Part shown: positions 57,161 through 64,000 of the stretch, in pieces
Layout of the letters: every line of letters starts with the position of its first letter
Numbering within the stretch: the stretch's first letter is position 1
Origin: an uncultured Acidobacteriota bacterium
GTDB taxonomy: Bacteria > Acidobacteriota > Vicinamibacteria > Vicinamibacterales > JAKQTR01
Assembly (NCBI GenBank): GCA_963700065.1
Contig: CAVOWJ010000009.1
Location: forward strand, 7,318 to 71,317
Direction of reading: 5' to 3'
Length of the DNA stretch: 64,000 bases
The notes under the pieces: model-generated
What the model was told of the DNA's origin: nothing
Database searches by the model: none
Seen by the model: the letters and a program-made list of their open reading frames with translations, nothing else
Translations under genes and position numbers: made by a program

Positions 57161-58564
57161 TTACGCCCGGAGAAACACGCCGGAGTTCGCGCGGTGCGGG
57201 TCCCGATACGTGGTCTCGCTCACACCGCCGACAATGAAGTCGGCCCATTCGACGCCCTGCATGAAGCTGTGGTCCTGGTTCGACACTTCGTACTTCCAGC
57301 CGCCGAACCGTCCTCTCGAGAACACCCGTCTGGCTTCGAGCGCGGGAAGGACCTGATCGAGGACCAGATCTCTCCCGAGGAAAGGCGTGGGATACCCGTG
57401 GCTCGCCCGGCCGTGCCAGAAACTGACAACGTCTGTACCGGCCGGGAGCAGGCCGTCTCGCCTCATCGCGGTGAGCACCGTCTCCTGCAGCCGCTCTGCC
57501 TCCACCGGCTTCTTCGGTGACTCGCACACTTCGGCCATCAACGACCAGTAGGTGTCGCCTTCCGGCACGTTACGGGGCGAGTAGTTTGAGAACACCGTGA
57601 CCCGGTAATACGGGCTGTGACTCTCCGGGAAGTACATCCAGCACTTCGTTGCGAGCTCGTCCGGGCGAGGCCCGCGGAGCCCGACGCCCAGCACGTGCAC
57701 CGTGCTGTAGCGGAGCGACTGGCTGGCCTGTCGGACTTCGGGCGCCAGCGGCCCGGCAATGGCGGTGAGGAGGTCGAGCGGCATGGTCGACAGGAGCACG
57801 TCGAACCGGTGCTGCCGCCCGTCCTCGAGCCGGACCAGACGCGCGTCGAGATCGATCCGGGCGACCCGTTGCCCGAAGTTGAGGCGTTCAGCGGGCAGCA
57901 GCCCGGCGACCCCACACCAGATCGCGCCGGTGCCTCCCTCGGAAGGAAACCTGAACCGGCGGTTCGGCCCCCACGAGACATCGTCGCGGCCCTGGGCGAT
58001 GTTGTCCTTGATCCGATCGAGGTCCGGCAGCGCAACGCGGTCGTCTATCCAGCCCGCATCGAGCTCATCGAGCGGATACCCCCACACCTTGAAGTTGTAG
58101 GGATGCATGAACATCCCCGCGATGCCGTCTCCAAAGGTCTGATTGATCCAGGAGGCGAAGTTGGCTGGCCGGCCCGTTCCCTCCCGCCTCGACCGGGCCT
58201 GCTCCAATCCGCCCAGCGCGCGATCGCGGTCGGCCGGGTCGAGCCTGTGAATGTTGTTCTGGAACGGATAAGGCACGAACCGGTTCCTGATCCGGATCCA
58301 CGATTCGCGCTCGTGCCACAACCACCGATCGCCGAGCGCCTTGTCCAGCACCCGGTCGTAGTATGAATAGTGACTGAACTGGACGTGGCCGCCCATGTCC
58401 CACGTGAACCCGCTGGTGTCGACATGGCTGGCGGCCAGGCCCCCGGGCGTGGATTCTGCCTCGAGAACGACGAAGTCCCCGACGCCCAGCTCGTGGAGGC
58501 GGTAGGCGGCGCCAAGGCCTGTCGGCCCGGCGCCGATGATCAGCACCCGGCCGGGATCAGTCAT
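57161..58564 (-). CDS. UDP-galactopyranose mutase, eukaryote-type (fungal/kinetoplastid-like long form) flavoenzyme
   Basis: End-to-end motif agreement with fungal UGM as I remember it: IIGAGPTGLGAA, TPGGLA, GGHVQFSHYSYYD, VPYPFQNNI, HPYNFKVWGYP, WGPNRRFRFPSEGGTGAIW, STVHVLGVGLRGPRP..KCWMYFPE..PYYRVTVFSNYSP, YWSLMAEVCESPKKPV, HGYPTP, SRGRFGGWKYEVSNQDHSFMQGVE. Start taken at MTDPGRVLIIGAG (58564); the track ORF extends to 58777. Confidence 0.85.
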   Translation of the reverse strand: MTDPGRVLIIGAGPTGLGAAYRLHELGVGDFVVLEAESTPGGLAASHVDTSGFTWDMGGHVQFSHYSYYDRVLDKALGDRWLWHERESWIRIRNRFVPYPFQNNIHRLDPADRDRALGGLEQARSRREGTGRPANFASWINQTFGDGIAGMFMHPYNFKVWGYPLDELDAGWIDDRVALPDLDRIKDNIAQGRDDVSWGPNRRFRFPSEGGTGAIWCGVAGLLPAERLNFGQRVARIDLDARLVRLEDGRQHRFDVLLSTMPLDLLTAIAGPLAPEVRQASQSLRYSTVHVLGVGLRGPRPDELATKCWMYFPESHSPYYRVTVFSNYSPRNVPEGDTYWSLMAEVCESPKKPVEAERLQETVLTAMRRDGLLPAGTDVVSFWHGRASHGYPTPFLGRDLVLDQVLPALEARRVFSRGRFGGWKYEVSNQDHSFMQGVEWADFIVGGVSETTYRDPHRANSGVFLRA

Positions 58565-59393
58565 CGCCGCGCCCGGCGGAAACCGCTCGACGCCCGGCCG
58601 CGCGTTCGCGACGTGCCACCGACGCCGTCTCGGTCGCGCAGCGAAGCGCCGTCCGCCACTGCCGCCATCCGGCAATCGAGGCGGTTCCCGCCCGTCGCGC
58701 CTGGTGAGGGACCCTGACCTGATAGACGCGCAACCCGTCGCGCACGGCAAGTCCCGACATGATGACGTTGGGGGCAAACGCGCGAGCCGGGATTCTGGTC
58801 AGCATCGCCGCAAGCGCGGATCTCCGAATGAGTCGATACGGCGTGTTGACGTCCCACAGGCCTGCGCCGAACAGCAGCCTGACGGTGGTCCGCGACCCGA
58901 AGCTGATGAGGCGGCGGGCGGCGGTGGAACTTCGATCCTGGCGGCAGCCGAGAAGCAGGTCGTAGGCCGCCCGGCGAGTCCAGAGCTGCTCGAACGCGGG
59001 CGGGCTCATTTCGTCGTCGCTGTCGACCTGGAACACCCACGCCCCGACCGCCTCCCGATAGCCTCTCCAGATCGTCGGCCCGTGCCCCATGTTCGCGTGG
59101 CTCCTCACAGCGACCTGGCGCCTCTCGCTCGCGATCTGGCGCAGGACATCAGCCGTACGATCGCGGGAGCCGTCGTCGTAGACGAGAAACTCGTAGCGGA
59201 TCTTCAGGCGGTCCAGTTCTTCGATCCAGGCCGACACCACCGGTCCGACGGCGTCAGCCTCGTTGTAGACCGGCATCACGACCGACAGTTCGAGTTCACT
59301 CCTGGGAGTGGTGATCATCCCCTCCGGGGCGCCCATGATGGTCGCGATCATAACAGTGAAGCAGGCTTCGTTGTCCAGGCAGACGGTTTTCAC
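58557..59393 (-). CDS. Glycosyltransferase family 2
   Basis: LSVVMPVYNEADAV, VYDDGSRDRT, QVDSDDEM. The true start may be an internal Met (MITTPRSE). Confidence 0.82.
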   Translation of the reverse strand: MKTVCLDNEACFTVMIATIMGAPEGMITTPRSELELSVVMPVYNEADAVGPVVSAWIEELDRLKIRYEFLVYDDGSRDRTADVLRQIASERRQVAVRSHANMGHGPTIWRGYREAVGAWVFQVDSDDEMSPPAFEQLWTRRAAYDLLLGCRQDRSSTAARRLISFGSRTTVRLLFGAGLWDVNTPYRLIRRSALAAMLTRIPARAFAPNVIMSGLAVRDGLRVYQVRVPHQARRAGTASIAGWRQWRTALRCATETASVARRERAAGRRAVSAGRGDD

Positions 59394-59468
59394 GGTTCCG
59401 CGGCACGCCGCTGGGGCTGCCGCAGGGAGCCGAGTACCTGTGGTGGGCTCGTGATCGCGTGCGGGCCG

Positions 59469-61046
59469 TCACGTCGTCGGCCCCGACCGGTCCGACGGGC
59501 CGAACAACCGCGAACTGCGCGGGTCGCGGCCGCAGCGTCGCCACAGGGCCAGCGCCAGCGCCGCGGCGACGAGCATGGCCGCTCCAAGAGCCCCCAACGC
59601 GACCGGCGCGGAGATGGCGCGAGCGTGGAACAGGTAGAGCCACCAGAAATCCAGGCTGAAGGCGAATTGCTCGGCGAAATCGGTAGCTCTGTACTCGGCC
59701 GTCCGGATGGCCGGACGGGGCCGGCTGCCGGCGAGGTACTCCACGTTGAGCGGGATCAGCCTGGCCGCCGCCTGCGCGTTCAGGGTGAACCCTGAGCCTT
59801 CCCAGGTCCAGAGCCGCCGTTGATAGTTGAGGTGAGCCTGCTCGGGCCGGTAGCCGGCTTTGGAGAAGTCCACGAGCACGCCTGGCGCCTGCGCAAGCAC
59901 ACTCACGAGCACAACGGCCAGGAGCAGGCGCCGCCGCGCGGACTTCGGCGGCAGGTCGAACCATGGCGCGAGCGGCAGGCAGAGGAACGGGAGGAGAGGC
60001 ACCAGGTAGCGCGGGCCGTATGATCGATCGGCGTCCCAGTAGAGGTTCGACGCGTAGAAGAGCGTGAGGACGGCCACCGTGCCGACGAGCAACACGGCCG
60101 TCGCACGGTCCCGCCGCCAGAGCGACGGGAAGGCCGCGAGGCCAAGCGCCGTGACTGGCGCGAACAGAAACAACGACCGGCCCGGACTGGCCACGAAGCC
60201 CGCCAGGCCGGCCCACACCGGCCCGAACGCCGCGGTGCTGTCGCGGAGATAGCCGGTATCCAGGACGTTGCCGAACCTGACGTGGTTGTAGTAGAGCGTC
60301 AGCAGCAGGGCAGCCGCCACAGGGACGGCCACGGGAACGATCCGCCTGATCGCGGCTCGCACGTTCCCCCGCGATTCGATCAGGACCCAGAGCCCCGCCG
60401 GCAGTGTCGCCAGAACGAGTTCATGGCGCACGAGCATCGCGCAGCCGAAGCCGACGCCGCTCAGCCAGAGCATCGCCGGGCGCGCATCTCTGACCCCCGT
60501 CCAGGCCAGATACACGCCCCAAAACAGCGTCAGGGCCGCCACCGGCGCGTTGAAGCCCATCTTGGCGTACGGCCACAACAAGGTGCCGAACCCGAGGGCC
60601 AGCGCGGTTGCCGCCGCCGCGCGCGCAGAAGCGCCTAGGCGCAGCGCGAAGAGGCAGGTCAGCCAGACCGTCGCGGCGGCCGCGAACGCGCTGCCGATGA
60701 CGAAGAAGGCCTTGCGGATCGCCTCGGGCTTGCCAACCCCAAGCCCCGTGACCGCTTCGGCGGCTCGCCCGGCCAGGTAGAATGGCACGGCGTACAGCGG
60801 GTGCCCGAGGCCGTACGGCGAGTAGTACCTCCCATCGACGCCACGATGGGCGTCCATGTCGTGCACGTTGAACGACATGGCCACAGACCCGTGCTCGGCG
60901 ATGCTCTTGGCCACTTCGTAGGACATGATGTCGGTCGCCATGCTGCCGCCGGTCGTGGCCAGATAGAGGACGAGGGTCAGCAGGAACACCAGGAGCGCGT
61001 CGATGCGATGGCGGTCCGACGAGGGTCGCTTCACGTGTCTGTCCAT
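59469..61046 (-). CDS. Polytopic membrane GT-C-fold glycosyltransferase (ArnT/family 39/83-like)
   Basis: Start taken at MDRHVKRP (61046). LTLVLYLATTGGSMATDIMSYEVAKSIAEHGSVAM, YSPYGLGHPLYAVPFYLAG, more than 11 hydrophobic segments. Confidence 0.72.
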   Translation of the reverse strand: MDRHVKRPSSDRHRIDALLVFLLTLVLYLATTGGSMATDIMSYEVAKSIAEHGSVAMSFNVHDMDAHRGVDGRYYSPYGLGHPLYAVPFYLAGRAAEAVTGLGVGKPEAIRKAFFVIGSAFAAAATVWLTCLFALRLGASARAAAATALALGFGTLLWPYAKMGFNAPVAALTLFWGVYLAWTGVRDARPAMLWLSGVGFGCAMLVRHELVLATLPAGLWVLIESRGNVRAAIRRIVPVAVPVAAALLLTLYYNHVRFGNVLDTGYLRDSTAAFGPVWAGLAGFVASPGRSLFLFAPVTALGLAAFPSLWRRDRATAVLLVGTVAVLTLFYASNLYWDADRSYGPRYLVPLLPFLCLPLAPWFDLPPKSARRRLLLAVVLVSVLAQAPGVLVDFSKAGYRPEQAHLNYQRRLWTWEGSGFTLNAQAAARLIPLNVEYLAGSRPRPAIRTAEYRATDFAEQFAFSLDFWWLYLFHARAISAPVALGALGAAMLVAAALALALWRRCGRDPRSSRLFGPSDRSGPTT

Positions 61047-61218
61047 GCGATAGCGGCTTCCCGGGGTTCGTTCGAGGGCGCCCCGATGGCTGGCGCGCTG
61101 TTCTTTAGAATACCTCGACCATCGGCCTTCACGGGCACCCGGCACAACCGCGGCACGGGATGTCCGCCGGTCAGCGCCGGCGCCACGTGGCCGGCATTTT
61201 GGCTCCACGATCGGCCTG

Positions 61219-61224
61219 TATAAT
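61219..61224 (+). promoter_or_regulatory. Perfect TATAAT -10 hexamer 6 nt upstream of the flippase ATG (possible leaderless transcript)
   Basis: ggcctgTATAATcgtccgATG read directly. No RBS fits in the 6-nt gap. The -35 is weak (attttg/ttttgg). Confidence 0.4.
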
Positions 61225-61230
61225 CGTCCG

Positions 61231-62716
61231 ATGTTCGACAACGTGCGTCGGGTGTCACGGCAGCTCATCGCCTACGGCACCGCCGACGTTTCCATCCTCG
61301 CCATCAATTTCCTGCTGCTGCCGATCTACACGCGCGTGCTTTCGCCCGTCGAATACGGCGCGCTCACCCTGCTGCTCGTGTTCGAGGCGTTTCTGAAACC
61401 GGTTCTCCGTTGCGGCCTCGACGGCGCGTACTCTGAGGCAGTACTTCGACGAATCATCCGAGGCAGGACGGAAGTCCCTGGCCGCGACGATCCTGCTCGT
61501 TGTCCTCGCGCTGAACGGCGCCGCGCTGGCCCTGCTGTGGCCAGCCAGCCCGTGGATGACGGCGCTGCTGCTCGGCACCGGGGAGTACGTGGCCGCGTTC
61601 TGGCTGGTTGCCGTCAACACGGCCCTGGCGAACCTGCTGTTCCTGCCGACGGGCCTCTTCCGGGCGCAGGAGCGTTCTTCGCTCGTCGGCACGGTCAGTT
61701 TTCTCCGCTCGCTTGCCACCATCGTCACCAGACTCGTGCTCGTGGTTGGGCTCCAGAAGGGTGTGTACGGCTTGGCGCTGGCCGATGTCCTCGTCACCCT
61801 GGTCTTTGTGGCGGTCCTCTCGCCGACGCTGTGGCGGATGACCAGCGGGGGTGCCTGGTCTCGAAGCCGCGCGGACGCGGCGTTGCACTATGGTTGGCCG
61901 CAGGTCCCTGCCGGCGTGCTCGGACAGACGATGGCGATGACAGACAGGTACGTGCTGGGTCTCTACCTGTCGTTGCAGGACGTGGGCGTCTACTCGATCG
62001 CCATCACGATGGCGTCGGTCCTCAAGCTGTTCCCCGTGGCGTTCGCGTCGGCCTGGATGCCGTTCGCCTTCAGTTCGCTCGGCCGGGCCGACGCGCCTGC
62101 CATGTTCGCCCGGCAGGCGAGCTATGCGTTTGCCGTGATGTGCTTCGCCGCGCTCGGTGCGGCGGCGTGTGCCGGCCCGCTGGTGGAGCTGGTCCTGCCG
62201 CCTGCGTACCACCAGGCCCCATTCGTGATCCCGGTCCTGGTGCTCGGGATCACGATTCAGGCCACCACGAGCTTCGTCAGCACATCATTGAACGTGGCGC
62301 GACGCACGTCGAGGATTCCGCTGGCGGCAGGCATGGGGGCAGCCGGGAGCCTGCTGGGCAGCCTGCTGCTCGTCCCCCGCTTCGGCGTCATGGGGGCCGC
62401 CTATGGCGTGCTGTGCGGCCAGATCGTCTTTGCCGTCTCGACGGCATGGCTTGCGCAGCTGAGCTTTCCAATTCCGTACGAGTCCGGTCGCCTCGTGAAG
62501 GCCGCCGTCGCCGCCGTGCTCCTGTTCGGACTGGCGATGGTCCTGCGAAGAGGGGCGCCGGTGGCCGATCTGTCCAGCTCGGTCGCGGTCACGCTGTCGT
62601 ACCCGGCCCTCCTGTGGGCCTGGCGGTTTCTGACTCCCGCCGAAATGGCATCCGTGCGCCACGCCGTTCGCCTGCTGGCGGCCAGGATGAGAGCAACGCC
62701 GACAGCCCGTCAGTGA
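61231..62716 (+). pseudogene. Wzx-like polysaccharide flippase (MOP superfamily), split by an apparent 1-nt insertion near 61432; length 1486 = 3n+1
   Basis: Frame 1: MFDNVRRVSRQLIAYGTADVSILAINFLLLPIYTRVLSPVEYGALTLLLVFEAFLKPVLRCGLDGAY, then nonsense. The frame of ORF 61556..62716, read back without stops, gives LRQYFDESSEAGRKSLAATILLVVLALNG... and about 12 TM segments in total. Skipping t61432 restores ..LDGAYLRQYFDE... Confidence 0.82.
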
Positions 62717-63882
62717 TGGCGTCTGCCGAACGTGTCCAGTGCGGCGGCGTAGACCTCGCGGTAGGCCTGCGCGCAAGCGGCGGGCGTGAATGTCGAGGCA
62801 ATCCGCGCGTGCGTCCGCGGGCTCACCCTCCGCGGCGATTCAAGCGCACGTTGCACCGTCGCAGCCAAGGCCTCAGCATCCTCCAGAGGCGTCAGCTGGA
62901 GATCCTCTTCAAAGAACCCCTGGGCCTCCACGGCCCCGGCCGTGGCCGTCGCGACCACCGGCGTGCCGCAGGCCAGCGCTTCGAGCATCACGGTGCCCCA
63001 TGACTCCAGCCGCGAGGGCAGGACGAACAGGTCCGCTGCAGCGTAGTAGCCGGGGAGCTCGCGGTTGTCGACCAGCCCGAGAAAGCGGACGCGCGACGCG
63101 ATGCCGGCCGCCTCGGCCTGGCGTTCGAGTTGCGGCCGCAGTTCTCCGCTTCCGGCGATGAACAGTCGGGCGTCGGGCACGCGCGGTGCCAGGACCGCGA
63201 ACGCTCTCAGGAGGACGTCGTACCCCCCCACGGGATGCAATCGCTTGACGGTCAACAGGGTGGGCCCGCTGATGCCGAGGGCCCGACGGGTCGCCTCCCG
63301 TGCGTCGTCTGCCGGCGCCGTGAACATCTCGTCGACCGGCGCGTACACAACGGGATCCTCCGGCGCGGCGAGCCCAAGTTCGACCGCACGGTGACGGAGA
63401 GCCCGGCTGTAGAAGACGCGCCCGGCGGCTTCGCGCACGACGGTCTCGAACCGCCTGTGGCGCGCCGCGTCGAAGTGCCAGATGTCGGTCCCGTAGAGCG
63501 TGATGACGCTCGGGCGCTTCAGGAGGGCGGCCGCCCAGCCGGCCACGTCGACGATGAACCCGTTGCTGTGAAGGTGCACGAGATTGACGCCGCGAAACGC
63601 CATGGCGGCCGCCACGCCAATCCTCGCTGCCGTGGAGACGGCCCCGAGCGGCGAACGCGCCAGCGCGCCCCGTCCTCGCCGCCTCACGAACACCGTTCCA
63701 GCGGGCGCCGGACGCGGTGATCCCTGCGCCGCGTGCGTCAGGAAGGTCGTGCGGTGGCCGTCACGGGCGAACTCCCGGGCGAGCACCGAGGGCAGCAGCG
63801 CATTGGCCGCCTGTTCCGGCGGCATGTGCGGGGTGACCATGCATACGTGCACAAAGACCTCGACGTGAACGGACCCGCTCAT
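62710..63882 (-). CDS. Glycosyltransferase family 4
   Basis: MVTPHMPPEQAANALLPSVLAREF, LLTVKRLHPVGGYDVLLRA, LPSRLESWGTVMLEALACGTPVVATATAGAVE. Start uncertain (63882 MSGSV.., or MVTPH 63840; track 63978). Confidence 0.82.
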   Translation of the reverse strand: MSGSVHVEVFVHVCMVTPHMPPEQAANALLPSVLAREFARDGHRTTFLTHAAQGSPRPAPAGTVFVRRRGRGALARSPLGAVSTAARIGVAAAMAFRGVNLVHLHSNGFIVDVAGWAAALLKRPSVITLYGTDIWHFDAARHRRFETVVREAAGRVFYSRALRHRAVELGLAAPEDPVVYAPVDEMFTAPADDAREATRRALGISGPTLLTVKRLHPVGGYDVLLRAFAVLAPRVPDARLFIAGSGELRPQLERQAEAAGIASRVRFLGLVDNRELPGYYAAADLFVLPSRLESWGTVMLEALACGTPVVATATAGAVEAQGFFEEDLQLTPLEDAEALAATVQRALESPRRVSPRTHARIASTFTPAACAQAYREVYAAALDTFGRRHH

Positions 63883-64000
63883 CTTATACCCGTGCGGCGG
63901 CGGCCGGAGCCCGCCGGCGCGAACGGGTATAATCGCTGGACGACGTCCACTGCAGGTCAGCGTGAGAACGGTCAACAACGAAGCGATTCGGGCGCACGGC

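Overview
Very GC-rich bacterial chromosomal segment (roughly two-thirds or more G+C by eye, not computed). The gene content fits a high-GC diderm soil lineage; Acidobacteriota-like is my guess and cannot be tested here. High GC produces many long Arg/Ala/Pro-rich antisense shadow ORFs in the six-frame track, so calls rest on recognisable protein motifs.

Layout:
- (i) 1-8.9 kb: four tandem minus-strand secreted S8 (subtilisin-like) peptidases arranged as two duplicated [long + short] two-gene modules. At least three end in an unusual x-[IV]-[IV]-W-G-D hexapeptide tandem-repeat domain.
- (ii) 9.2-20.6 kb: housekeeping genes. These are larB, mutS2, dnaG, rpoD, tRNA-Met(CAT), a COG1579-type zinc-ribbon protein, RNase H, an FAD oxidoreductase, pgeF, acpS and a SpoVG-like gene.
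- (iii) 20.6-24.2 kb: a GT-C-like membrane protein and a radical SAM protein.
- (iv) 24.3-38.9 kb: a minus-strand dcw cluster in the order mraZ-rsmH-ftsL-ftsI-murE-murF-murD-ftsW-murC-ftsQ-ftsA-ftsZ. It lacks mraY, murG, murB and ddl, and carries a 336-bp structured non-coding insert.
- (v) 39.1-64 kb: ychF, then a ~24-kb envelope-glycan locus. It contains five further GT-C-like polytopic membrane proteins, five GT2 (polyprenyl-phosphate-sugar-synthase-like) enzymes, three GT4, one GT9, an Arn-like aminopentose module, a eukaryote-type UDP-galactopyranose mutase and a Wzx-like flippase.

I recognised no transposase, integrase, phage, CRISPR, toxin-antitoxin or defence genes.

Most notable:
- the WGD hexapeptide-repeat protease array;
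- a family of structured intergenic repeats (ACTGACGA motif, locus-specific heptamer tandem arrays, conserved GCCGCACC loop);
- the GT-C-rich glycan locus;
- five apparent single-base frameshifts, two of them in essential genes (ftsI, murE), which most likely indicate consensus errors.
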